The position numbers were made by a program, and so were the translations under genes. A stretch of 32,000 bases of DNA from Synechocystis sp. PCC 6803 substr. PCC-P. Lineage in GTDB: Bacteria; Cyanobacteriota; Cyanobacteriia; Cyanobacteriales; Microcystaceae. Where the stretch lies: positions 1,140,001-1,172,000 of the forward strand of contig NC_017039.1 of NCBI RefSeq assembly GCF_000284455.1, in the 5' to 3' direction. Below are positions 19,284 to 28,215 of this stretch, in pieces (within the stretch, counting starts at the first letter, position 1; every line of letters starts with the position of its first letter). Under the pieces are notes generated by a model. That model did no database searches. It had not been told where the DNA came from and was given only the letters and a program-made list of their open reading frames with translations.

Positions 19284-21059
19284 ATGATGGCAATGGAATC
19301 TTGGTTGGGAACAATGATTGGTGTGGGGGCAGCGGTGGTTTTCACTATGCCGGCTGTAGCCCAAAGTCAGCCCTTATTTTTGGCCTATCCACCCCAAAAT
19401 CACCAAACCAGTAGCCCGACGATTTTTTTCATTGGTTCTGCCGCTCCAAATGTGACCGTTACCCTCAATGGCCAGCCCATTGAACGCAGTGCCCAAGGCA
19501 ATTTTGCCCCTGTAATCCCTCTCAAGATGGGGGAAAATCAGTTTGTTTTTCAAGCAGAGTCCCAACGGATTGAGCGTACCATTACCCGCATTGGCACTGG
19601 CCCCACATTGTCCCCCCAAGGTGGTTTTGCCGCCGGCTCCCTCACCCCCGCTGTGCCCATTAGTCGTCCTGCTGGCGAACCAATTTGCTTTACGGCGATC
19701 GCCCCTACGGATGCCATGGCCACGGTGACCTTGGCGGGCCAAACCATTCCCCTCACCCCCCAGGGCAATGTGGTACAGTTACCGCCCAATAACACCATTT
19801 TGCACGGAGAAAATCAGCCCCAAGTTACAGCAGCGGATCAGTATAAAGGCTGTCAAAGTTTCAACGTGACTAACTTACCTGCCCAATTGGGAACGCCTCA
19901 ATTTAATCTGCAATGGCGGGGACAAAACTTTTCCACTCCTGGCCCCGGTAGCGTTACTTTGCTCAATGGCGATCGCCCCCAGGTAATTGTGGTTACCAGT
20001 CAAACGGGGGTTGCCCGCACAGGCCCTGGCACCGATTATTCCCGGTTAACTCCTTTACCCCAGGGTAGTCAAGCTAGCGTCACTGGCCAGGATGGGGACT
20101 GGTTGCGGTTAGACTATGGCGGCTGGATTAAAGCAGATGAAACCCGTACTTTACCGAGCCAAGCTCCGCCTCGTTCCCTAATTCGCAGTGTGGGTTACCA
20201 AGTTTTTGGCGATCGTACAGAAATGCGTTTTCCCTTGCAATTGCCGGTGCCAGTAACAGTACATCAAACTGAAATGGGACTGACTTTAAGTCTTTACAAT
20301 ACCACTGCCCAAACTGACACTATCCGCCTCGATAATGATCCTATTATTCGTAATTTGACCTGGCAACAAATTAGTCCAGATCGGATTGATTATTATTTCA
20401 CTTTTAAGACTGATCAACAGTGGGGTTACGATCTGCGTTATGAGGGCACTACGCTAATTTTGTCTTTGCGTCATCCTCCCCGTATTTCTTCCCAACCCGG
20501 TAACTTGCAGGGAGTAAAAATTCTGCTCGATCCGGGCCATGGGGGTAGTGAAGCGGGGGCAGTGGGGCCCACTGGCTATGCAGAAAAAGACATTAACTTA
20601 CTCATTTCTCAACGTTTAGCTAATCGCCTCAAATCCCAAGGGGCTAATGTCCATCTCACCCGTACCAGGGACGAATTTGTCTCTTTAGTCGATCGCCAAA
20701 CCCAGATTGCCCAAGTGCAACCGGCGATCGCCCTTTCCATCCATTACAATGCCTTACCCGATAGCGGTAATCCCAACGAAACCGATGGCATTAGTACATT
20801 TTGGTACAATGCCCAAGCAGCGGATTTAGCTAATTTTTTACAGCGGTATTTGGTGGAAAATTTAGGCAGAAATTCCCACGGAGTTTACTGGAATAATTTG
20901 GCTTTAACCCGTCCCACCATTGCCCCAGCAGTGTTGTTGGAATTGGGGTTTATGATTAGTCCCCAGGAATTCGAGTGGATTACCAATGCCCAAGCCCAGG
21001 AACAATTGGTGCAGGCTTTAGCGACGGGCATTACCACCTGGTTACAGCAACAACGTTGA
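19284..21059 (+). CDS. N-acetylmuramoyl-L-alanine amidase (Amidase_3) with a signal peptide, a long N-terminal region and an SH3b-like domain.
   Basis: The C-terminal KILLDPGHGGSEAGAVG...EKDINL...LSIHYNA is the Amidase_3 zinc site. VARTGPGTDYSRL...GDWLRLDYGGWIKADE is SH3b-like. The ATG is at 19284, and the tracked start at 19254 is TTG. Confidence 0.9.
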   Translation: MMAMESWLGTMIGVGAAVVFTMPAVAQSQPLFLAYPPQNHQTSSPTIFFIGSAAPNVTVTLNGQPIERSAQGNFAPVIPLKMGENQFVFQAESQRIERTITRIGTGPTLSPQGGFAAGSLTPAVPISRPAGEPICFTAIAPTDAMATVTLAGQTIPLTPQGNVVQLPPNNTILHGENQPQVTAADQYKGCQSFNVTNLPAQLGTPQFNLQWRGQNFSTPGPGSVTLLNGDRPQVIVVTSQTGVARTGPGTDYSRLTPLPQGSQASVTGQDGDWLRLDYGGWIKADETRTLPSQAPPRSLIRSVGYQVFGDRTEMRFPLQLPVPVTVHQTEMGLTLSLYNTTAQTDTIRLDNDPIIRNLTWQQISPDRIDYYFTFKTDQQWGYDLRYEGTTLILSLRHPPRISSQPGNLQGVKILLDPGHGGSEAGAVGPTGYAEKDINLLISQRLANRLKSQGANVHLTRTRDEFVSLVDRQTQIAQVQPAIALSIHYNALPDSGNPNETDGISTFWYNAQAADLANFLQRYLVENLGRNSHGVYWNNLALTRPTIAPAVLLELGFMISPQEFEWITNAQAQEQLVQALATGITTWLQQQR

Positions 21060-21515
21060 GTCCACTTCCATAAAGTTTCCTGCTTCGTTTAAGTACCAAC
21101 TTCTACTGGTATTGAACCTTCCATTTTCACCGGAAGCAATGAGGTAAATATATTCTGGCCAAGCAATGGCCCGATCAAATTCTGACGGTATGGGCTGGCC
21201 ATGGGGATGGGAATGGAAAATACCGATAATGCTTAACCCTTTTTGGCGGCAATCTTTTTGGGCGGAAAGCAAAACTTTGGGGTCAATGGCAAAGTAATGT
21301 AACTTATTTCCCTGATGATTATTCTGCTGAAATTCTTCCACATCACCCCAGCAATTTTCCGTTGGCTGTACTTCGACTACTTGCCAATGGCGATGACCAT
21401 TTTCTCCAATTAATATTTTCCCCAGTAAAAGACCACAACATTCCTCCGGATAACACCGTTCCCCATGGCGATAAATTTGGTCTTGGTGAACTTGACTCAG
21501 ACTTAGTTGGACCAC
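21042..21515 (-). CDS. JAMM/MPN+ (Mov34/JAB) metalloprotease-domain protein.
   Basis: ECCGLLLG (the catalytic Glu region) and the HSHPHGQPIPSEFD JAMM motif. There is no in-frame ATG. GTG at 21515 is my preferred start and TTG at 21614 gives the maximal ORF. The 3' end overlaps the amidase 3' end by 18 nt. Confidence 0.8.
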   Translation of the reverse strand: MVQLSLSQVHQDQIYRHGERCYPEECCGLLLGKILIGENGHRHWQVVEVQPTENCWGDVEEFQQNNHQGNKLHYFAIDPKVLLSAQKDCRQKGLSIIGIFHSHPHGQPIPSEFDRAIAWPEYIYLIASGENGRFNTSRSWYLNEAGNFMEVDSTLLL

Positions 21516-21695
21516 TTTTGCTAATTTTTCGTTTTGGAAGGTCTTCAGAAAGTTTGATTCCGCCCCTAAATTACTCCGGTAATACTGAGGAAACTTTACC
21601 CAGTTTCTCCCCAAAGTTGGGTGGGTTGGGGGCTTTTAAAAGAGGCTTTTAGACTATCAACAATTTTGCAAAAAGGTTGAAAAATCCTGCCTGCT

Positions 21696-22079
21696 TTAAC
21701 GGAATAACCAACGCCAGAGGAGATGGCGGGGACCAATTTTACGAATTCTAGCCGTACCTCGAATGAGATTATTCCTTTCCTTAATGGATAGACCCCAAAG
21801 AATATGGCAACTTTGGCGAATCAATACCGCCCCGGTAAAACCAATACTGCCAAACAAAGTAAAAGCAGGTACTAACTGAAAGGCAAAGCCATAACGGATA
21901 GCAACCCAGGTGAAATGGTCCTGTAACAGGGCAATATCTTGGCGAAACTGCCAAATAGACCAGGGAACAAGGGTTAGCCACAGCAAGGCCACCACTGTCC
22001 AACGACCATAGACCCCCGCTTGGTAAAGGCGATAGGCGGGTTTACTTAAACACTGGTCGGGCATTAAACGATGGGGCAT
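21696..22079 (-). CDS. Hypothetical membrane protein (2-3 TM helices).
   Basis: ATG at 22079 (the tracked start at 22121 is TTG). Hydrophobic helices include WTVVALLWLTLVPWSIW and FAFQLVPAFTLFGSIGFTGAVLI. It is co-directional with, and 31 nt downstream of, the S2P gene. Confidence 0.55.
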   Translation of the reverse strand: MPHRLMPDQCLSKPAYRLYQAGVYGRWTVVALLWLTLVPWSIWQFRQDIALLQDHFTWVAIRYGFAFQLVPAFTLFGSIGFTGAVLIRQSCHILWGLSIKERNNLIRGTARIRKIGPRHLLWRWLFR

Positions 22080-22110
22080 GGATGTTGAAATTTTCACTAT
22101 TGGAAGTCCA

Positions 22111-23622
22111 TTAACCGCCAATGCCTAGCCTCAAGGCCCAGTTGGGGCTAAAGGGAATCAGGGTCAGCAACATTAACAATAGGGCTAGTAAACCCAAGCC
22201 GGCCCTGGTGTCGTCCGGTTCCGTCAACTCGTTTAAGCTGGGGCGTTCCAATTGCCGTTGCAAAAATAAAACCACGATCGCCCAATAGAGGGGAATGGGA
22301 TTGGCGGGGTTAAATAGGGAAACAGCCCCCAAAATAACTAGGGTGGCAATGGTGGTGCGGCGGGCTACTTTACGGCCGTAGATGGCTTGGACAATGCGGC
22401 CCCCATCGAGTTGCCCAGCGGGTAATAAATTTAAGGCATTAATTACCAAACCGAGCCAACCTAACACCGTCAAAGGATGGATGGAAATCACACTACTTTT
22501 TAGAGCACTGCCCAAAATTAATTTAGCTAACGTGCCCACCAACAGGGAACCTTGCAAAAATTGCACCGGCAGTTGAAATAAATTATTGCCCCCGGATAAG
22601 TTCAGTCCCACGATCAAAAATAGTAAAGAAACTAATCCCCCTATGGCCGGCCCGGCGATCGCCACGTCAAAGAGGGCATTGCGGCTGGGTAAAAGGGATT
22701 CAAAACGAGTAATGGCCCCAAAGGAGCCGATTTGCCAGTTGGGTAGCAAGAAAGGCCAACTCAACCTGACTCCCCATTTTTTCGCCTGCCAGAGGTGACC
22801 TAATTCATGGGCTAGCAAAATAATACCCACGGCGATCGCCAGGGGAACTGTTTCTCCCACCCGTTGCCAATTGTCCACTAAGTCAAAGCCCAACAGGGCC
22901 GCACTGGCTTCTAACGTAGTCACAATGGTGGCCACCAGTAACACCACCGCCAAATTTTTCTGGGCCAAGGTGCTGGGTTGGGGGTCATTAGTACTGGGTA
23001 AAATCACCACCACGGGGCGGTCTTCACTCCCTTCCACTAGGAAAAGGCGATATTTTTCCCCCATTAATTCCTTCAGTTTGCCCGATAGTTTACCGAAAGC
23101 ATCCTCCGCTTCCGTCCGCAAATTACCTTTAAAGATTGCCCCTTCCTGGTAGGCAATGGTTTCCGTGGCAAAAAAGCTATCAATGCTAAAAATACCTTTA
23201 ATAATGGCCAAATCTTCCGGGGGAATGGGGGAAGTTTCTTCTAAGTTTGTGTTGGCCGTGCTGTCACCGAGCACAGTGGTTTTATCTGCCCCATTGGCCA
23301 AATCTTGCAGACGTTGGGCTGCCTTTTGGCGCAACAGTTCCGCTTGTCCTTCTTCCCGCATTTGCCGACCCAGATAGATGTAAATGCCCCCCGACACCAA
23401 AAGCAAAACCAACACTGCGGGCAAACTGATGGATAAACCAAAACTAAAAAGGACAAAATATAATAGCCAAGGGGCCATCAGCACCACCGACTGGAGCCAA
23501 GCCAGTTTTCCCAATTTGCCAAAGGGTTTAGCCCGCCGATAGCCCCAGACTAAAACACCGATCGCCAGGGCAAAAATGGCGAAGACAATGGGGACTAAAA
23601 ACTGGTCTAGGGTAGTGGGCAT
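22111..23622 (-). CDS. Site-2 protease family (M50) intramembrane zinc metalloprotease, EGY-like.
   Basis: HELGHLW (HExxH) sits within a TM helix, NLLPAGQLDGG is the second metal-ligand motif, and there are multiple TM segments. Confidence 0.9.
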   Translation of the reverse strand: MPTTLDQFLVPIVFAIFALAIGVLVWGYRRAKPFGKLGKLAWLQSVVLMAPWLLYFVLFSFGLSISLPAVLVLLLVSGGIYIYLGRQMREEGQAELLRQKAAQRLQDLANGADKTTVLGDSTANTNLEETSPIPPEDLAIIKGIFSIDSFFATETIAYQEGAIFKGNLRTEAEDAFGKLSGKLKELMGEKYRLFLVEGSEDRPVVVILPSTNDPQPSTLAQKNLAVVLLVATIVTTLEASAALLGFDLVDNWQRVGETVPLAIAVGIILLAHELGHLWQAKKWGVRLSWPFLLPNWQIGSFGAITRFESLLPSRNALFDVAIAGPAIGGLVSLLFLIVGLNLSGGNNLFQLPVQFLQGSLLVGTLAKLILGSALKSSVISIHPLTVLGWLGLVINALNLLPAGQLDGGRIVQAIYGRKVARRTTIATLVILGAVSLFNPANPIPLYWAIVVLFLQRQLERPSLNELTEPDDTRAGLGLLALLLMLLTLIPFSPNWALRLGIGG

Positions 23623-23675
23623 GGGTAAAACAAGTGTGGAAATTAGAATTATTTCTCAGCTGGGGTTGATGAAGA

Positions 23676-24593
23676 TTAGGGAGCAGCATCCATGGCCTGG
23701 CGTAAATTTCCCCCATGGCGATCGAGTTGAGCCTGGGCAGATTCTGCACTTAAACCAGACCAGTGCATTAACAAAGCTAACTTAACCCGTTGGCCACTGG
23801 CGACCAGTAATTCAGCCGCTTCCTCTCGGTTTAAATCGGTTAAATCTCGCAAAATTCTAATGGCTCGGTCTTCCAGTTTGCGATTAGTTACCGCCACATC
23901 CACCATACGATTGCCGTAAACTTTGCCCAACTTGACCATGGCTCCAGTAGACAGGATGTTCAAGGCCATTTTGGTCACTGTGCCCGCTTTTAAGCGGGTG
24001 GAACCGGCCAAAATTTCTGGCCCGGTTAAAAGTCTAATATTCACGTCTGCTTGGCAAGGAGCTTGGCTTTCCGGTACACAAGCAATAAAAATCGTTTTCG
24101 TCCCCCGGGCCCTGGCCGCATCTAACGCTCCATGGACATAGGGAGTCGTACCCCCGGCCGTAATTCCCACCACCACGTCCAACTGGGTAATGCGATGGTC
24201 GGCGATCGCCTGGGCCCCATCTGCCGCAATATCTTCTAAACCTTCTGAACTGCGGAGTAACGCACTGGCTCCCCCGGCTAAAATTCCCTGCACTAACTCC
24301 GATGGTGTACAAAAAGTGGGGGGACATTCCACCGCATCCAACACCCCCAACCGGCCACTGGTACCTGCGCCAATGTAGAAAAGTCTCCCCCCTTTAGCCA
24401 AAGCATCACTAATAATTTCAATGGCCGCCGCTAAATCTTCCCTCGCCCCGGCGATCGCCGTCACTGTCAGTTGATCCTGTTGGTTAAATAAATCTACCAA
24501 TTCCAGGCTGGACAACTGGTCCAAATTTTGACTTTGGGGATTGGTCTGCTCTGTTAATAAATGACCGCGCTCTTCTAAGATTTCCATAGGCAT
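23676..24593 (-). CDS. murQ: N-acetylmuramic acid 6-phosphate etherase.
   Basis: A SIS domain with GRLFYIGAGTSGRLGVLDAVECPPTF and the C-terminal LEDRAIRIL block. ATG at 24593 or 24587; the tracked start at 24632 is TTG. Confidence 0.9.
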   Translation of the reverse strand: MPMEILEERGHLLTEQTNPQSQNLDQLSSLELVDLFNQQDQLTVTAIAGAREDLAAAIEIISDALAKGGRLFYIGAGTSGRLGVLDAVECPPTFCTPSELVQGILAGGASALLRSSEGLEDIAADGAQAIADHRITQLDVVVGITAGGTTPYVHGALDAARARGTKTIFIACVPESQAPCQADVNIRLLTGPEILAGSTRLKAGTVTKMALNILSTGAMVKLGKVYGNRMVDVAVTNRKLEDRAIRILRDLTDLNREEAAELLVASGQRVKLALLMHWSGLSAESAQAQLDRHGGNLRQAMDAAP

Positions 24594-24750
24594 GGGGGAT
24601 GGGAGAAAGATGATCGGGGAAAGAAAAAACAAATTAGAGATTAAACAAAATCAACCAAACCAAATTTAGTCAATTAACTGGGACTAAGCTTTAAAATTAT
24701 GGTTAGTAAAAGGGTTAGTTAAAACCAGAAAGGACATGTCCACAATTTTT

Positions 24751-25167
24751 CTACAACAACCCCTCCAAACGACGGCGAATATTTTCTAGTTCAGCATCGG
24801 AAAATTCGTTGTCTGGCTTTTCTTCTCCCTCGCCTTGGTCAGTGTTTTGGGCTTCCCGGGCCGCCTGCAAAACCCCATCCGGGTCCCATTCCGGTTCCGC
24901 CACATTTTTTTCCGGAGGAATGGCCAGCATGCCTTCCGCCACAACCTCGCAGTCATAGCCAGCTTCTTGACAAAATTCTTCAATGTCCCGGGAATCCATG
25001 GCTTCAATGGAGGGGGGCGGGAAATCCTGGGCCTCTAAAAGCAGGGCATAACGGGTGGCATCGTCCTCGGAAGTGAACATCAAAATTTTATTGCGTCCCC
25101 CCATTTGTACGGTGTGGATGCCTTCATTATCCGTACCTGCGTTGAATAAAAGAACGTAAACACGCAT
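24751..25167 (-). CDS. DUF3110-family protein (cyanobacteria/plastid lineage) with an acidic C-terminal tail.
   Basis: The internal ATG at 25167 gives MRVYVLLFNAGTDNEGIHT...LMFTSEDDATRYALLLEAQDF..., which I recognise as the DUF3110 core. The upstream 35 codons look non-coding. Confidence 0.7.
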   Translation of the reverse strand: MRVYVLLFNAGTDNEGIHTVQMGGRNKILMFTSEDDATRYALLLEAQDFPPPSIEAMDSRDIEEFCQEAGYDCEVVAEGMLAIPPEKNVAEPEWDPDGVLQAAREAQNTDQGEGEEKPDNEFSDAELENIRRRLEGLL

Positions 25168-25341
25168 AGAGTCAGCAAAATCTAAAAGTTGTCTATTCCT
25201 ACCAGCATATCGAGCTAGGGCAGTTCTGCAAAAATCAATGGGGCCACCGACGACATAACTCAAGCTGAGCATTCTTCGATGGCCCCCAGGGGAGAACCTA
25301 GGCTCCGCCCCTATGACGGGATAATCCGGTGGAGAAATGAA

Positions 25342-26328
25342 CTAGAAATTAAGTTCGGCAGCTTGAACTTTTTCAATCTGTTTTTTCTTCAACACCAACA
25401 GAATTTGGGAGAGCATAATCCCCGCCAAGAAGAGTACAAGGAATTTAATGCGGGTGGGATTTTGCAGCACTACTTCCGTATCTTTCTGGCCAAAACCGCC
25501 CACATTGGGATTATTGGTCAAAAATTCCCCAGCTTCCACAGTTTGACCGGCACTGACAATCAATTCGGGGCCGGCGGGAATGTCCACGGTTTCTGTACCG
25601 TCGGCAGTGGTGAGGATCAGTTGGTAACCACCAGCTTCAAGGGCGTTAACTTCTGAAATGGTGCCAGCGTTGGGGGCTTTAAAGGCATTGTTATTGCTCA
25701 GCAAACCAGTGGGATAAATTTGTCCACGGCCCCGGTTGGCCCCCAGGTGGACAGCGAATTTACCGTAGTTAATGCTTTTATCCTTGGCAGGATCGGGGGA
25801 TAGCACGGGGAAAACGATTTCCTGATACTGCTCACCGGGCAGGGGGCCAACAATGACCACATTTTCCATGTCTTCCCGGTAGGGCTGGAAGTAGGTGCCG
25901 CCAACTTTTTCTTTAAGTCCCTCGGACAGGCGATCGGGGGGAGCAATTTTGAACCCTTCGGGCAACATCAACACGGCTCCAACGTTTAAGCCACCCTTGG
26001 AACCATCTCCTAGTACCTGCTGACTATCGAGATCATAGGGAATTTTGACTACTGCTTCAAACACGGTGTCTGGCAAAACTGCCTGGGGAATTTCCACTTC
26101 TGCCGCTTTCTGGGCGAGGTGGCAGTTAGCACAAACAATACGGCCAGTGGCTTCCCGGGGGGTCAAAGGCGCTGTTTCCTGGGCCCAAAAGGGATAGGCA
26201 GAGGCGGCCTGGGGCAGACCAAGGTCGGTGATCAAAAAGACGCTGACTGTGGCGATCGCCAACACCGTGAAGCGGCGCAGAGCAACCATGGTTTTCGTCC
26301 ACAGCCCCAAAGTATCAGGGTTTCTCAT
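25342..26328 (-). CDS. petA: Cytochrome f (apocytochrome f precursor).
   Basis: Signal peptide, then the mature N-terminus YPFWAQETAP, the CANCH haem-binding site, and a C-terminal TM anchor. ATG at 26328 gives 328 aa. The tracked start at 26397 is TTG. Confidence 0.97.
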   Translation of the reverse strand: MRNPDTLGLWTKTMVALRRFTVLAIATVSVFLITDLGLPQAASAYPFWAQETAPLTPREATGRIVCANCHLAQKAAEVEIPQAVLPDTVFEAVVKIPYDLDSQQVLGDGSKGGLNVGAVLMLPEGFKIAPPDRLSEGLKEKVGGTYFQPYREDMENVVIVGPLPGEQYQEIVFPVLSPDPAKDKSINYGKFAVHLGANRGRGQIYPTGLLSNNNAFKAPNAGTISEVNALEAGGYQLILTTADGTETVDIPAGPELIVSAGQTVEAGEFLTNNPNVGGFGQKDTEVVLQNPTRIKFLVLFLAGIMLSQILLVLKKKQIEKVQAAELNF

Positions 26329-26440
26329 CGTTAAGTTGAACGGATTAGGTTTAGGTGAACAGTAGGGGAAAAAGACCAGTCTCAGACAATTACACAAAAT
26401 TACAACAGTGTTGCTTACTCAACGGATAGCAAAGCTAAAC

Positions 26441-26983
26441 CTAAGCCCACCAGGGATCTTCGTCGGTGCGGAAATCGGTTTCGGTCCAGGTGCTGAGCAC
26501 TAATTTGTCGTCGTCGGTAACGGTAGCGTGGGCCAAAGCCAAAGAGAGGGGAGCCGGGCCACGGACCACTTTACCTTCAGCGTTGTACTGGGAGCCGTGA
26601 CAAGGGCACATAAATTTGTTTTCGCTGGCATTCCAGGGCACTACACAGCCCAAATGGGTACACACCGCATTAATACCATAGTTGGCGATCGTGTCATCCC
26701 CCTGGACTACAATATAGGTCGGGTCGCCCTTCAACCCCTGGGCCAACACCCGATCGCCAGCGTTATGGGAAGCCAAAAATTCCGTCACCTTAACATCATT
26801 ACCAAGGGCATCTTTGGCCGTTACACCACCGCCCGAACCACCACTGGAGGGGGGGATCAAATATTTTACTGCTGGATAGAGGGCCCCGGCCGCCACCCCA
26901 GTGATCGTACCGAAGGTCAATAAGTTCATAAACTGACGCCGACCCAAATCGGGGACATCAGGGGAGCCAGAAATCTGTGTCAT
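26441..26983 (-). CDS. petC: Cytochrome b6f Rieske iron-sulfur subunit.
   Basis: [20 protein letters not shown]..., with the CTHLGC and CPCHGS Rieske boxes. ATG at 26983 gives 180 aa. An upstream in-frame ATG at 27019 would add 12 atypical residues. Confidence 0.95.
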   Translation of the reverse strand: MTQISGSPDVPDLGRRQFMNLLTFGTITGVAAGALYPAVKYLIPPSSGGSGGGVTAKDALGNDVKVTEFLASHNAGDRVLAQGLKGDPTYIVVQGDDTIANYGINAVCTHLGCVVPWNASENKFMCPCHGSQYNAEGKVVRGPAPLSLALAHATVTDDDKLVLSTWTETDFRTDEDPWWA

Positions 26984-27217
26984 AATGAACCGTCTAAATT
27001 TAAGGATTTTTACTAACATTCACCGGAGAAACCCCGGCAACATCGTTACAGAGAGGCAGGCCGGCTAAGTTACCGCTACCCCGGGGATTTGCAATAAAAA
27101 ATGTAACAAGTCCTGTTCGATTATGACAGAAAACGCGCCAGCCCATCTAGACAAGGCTTTGGGCGATATTCCCTGACTAGCCAATGACAGTTTGTGGCCC
27201 CCTATGCTCCATAAGAC

Positions 27218-27241
27218 AAAAAAATCCCGGCGGGGCGGGAT
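27218..27241 (-). terminator. Rho-independent terminator of psbH.
   Basis: The minus strand reads AUCCCG-CCCCGC-CGGGAU, a 6-bp GC-rich stem, followed by UUUUUU. It lies 66 nt downstream of the psbH stop. Confidence 0.7.
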
Positions 27242-27307
27242 CTAAAGAAAGTTAACCAAAATTAAGTTGGGATTAAATTGGGTCAGGAATATGTCAACAA
27301 CCCCCCA

Positions 27308-27502
27308 TTAACCAGCCCAGTCCACGCTAAAGCCTTCGAGAATCAGAGAAGAGTTATAAATCTGCAAAATAATCAGTAAGAAAACCAGAAAAAGAGCCAT
27401 AAATACCCCCATGACAGGAGTGGTGCCCCAGCCCGGTACGACCTTACCGTATTCCGAGTTGAGGGGTCTGAGGATATCTCCTAACCGAGTGCGCTGTGCC
27501 AT
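27308..27502 (-). CDS. psbH: Photosystem II reaction centre protein H.
   Basis: ATG at 27502 gives [64 protein letters not shown] (64 aa). Confidence 0.97.
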
Positions 27503-27587
27503 AGACTTCCCGTAAAAATGACTAAATGAGTTTTTGTAATGTTCTGTAATAATATAAGACAACAGAAACAACTATCAATCTTACCCC

Positions 27588-27719
27588 ATGGAATCCGCAA
27601 CAGTTCTTAGCATTACTTTTGCTGTCATTCTCATCGCCATCACTGGTCTGGCTGTGTACACTTCCTTTGGCCCTCCGTCCGCTGAGTTGGGTGATCCCTT
27701 CGATGACCACGAAGACTAA
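27588..27719 (+). CDS. psbN: PsbN (PSII assembly factor), 43 aa.
   Basis: Hand-translated: MESATVLSITFAVILIAITGLAVYTSFGPPSAELGDPFDDHED. It is below the ORF-track cut-off and divergent from psbH, with 85 nt between the two start codons. Confidence 0.93.
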   Translation: MESATVLSITFAVILIAITGLAVYTSFGPPSAELGDPFDDHED

Positions 27720-27764
27720 GCAGACCAGTCCGTCAGGGTCTTTAATTTAAACACTAGTTCGCTG

Positions 27765-28034
27765 TTAAAAAGCCTGAATCCACTCTTTGACTTCATACTC
27801 TGTCCAGATGCCGTTTTGCCAGTAAGGATCTCCTTGCACCAACTTTTCCACCGTGTCCTGGTCTGGCGCGTCGTAAATTGCAAAAACCTGCCGTAAATCT
27901 TTGGTAGGTCCAATGGTAACCAACACACCACTTTCCTTTTGGACCTTCAGTCCATCTAGGTGTGCTTGACGGTGGGGGGCTCTTTTTTCTTCCACGTTGT
28001 CACAATAGGTTCCCCAAAGCACATACTTAGCCAC
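27765..28034 (-). CDS. YciI-family protein.
   Basis: 89 aa with a GTG start at 28034. ...RAPHRQAHLDGL... and ...GDPYWQNGIW... match the YciI-like fold signature. Confidence 0.75.
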   Translation of the reverse strand: MAKYVLWGTYCDNVEEKRAPHRQAHLDGLKVQKESGVLVTIGPTKDLRQVFAIYDAPDQDTVEKLVQGDPYWQNGIWTEYEVKEWIQAF

Positions 28035-28215
28035 TGGTTACACACTCCTTTCTCAGCAACAGATACATAAAAGTTACCTAAGAATTCTAAATCATAACGG
28101 AGGGAGGTTTCCCTTCTTGGCCAGCTATCGTCATTAATCATGGCTTGGGAGTTTCCCAAAATAATTTTGGGCAAGCACTAGACCGCATTGCACATTGAGA
28201 CGGCAGTTGCCTTAC

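Noticed and set aside
19374-19798. Antisense and alternate-frame ORFs inside well-supported genes, for example 19374..19742, 19550..19798, 7750..8094, 23241..23456, 24034..24327, 26528..26923 and 11942..12187.
   Set aside because: They are typical shadow ORFs of GC-balanced coding regions. Their translations are Arg/Gly/Pro-rich with no motifs, and the opposite or other frame encodes a clearly recognisable protein.
26329-26397. N-terminal extensions of the tracked ORFs for petA (26329-26397), petC (26984-27019), psbH (27503-27571) and the DUF3110 gene (25168-25272).
   Set aside because: The family-typical N-termini begin at the internal ATGs. The extensions start at TTG or add atypical residues, and they would overlap promoter regions.
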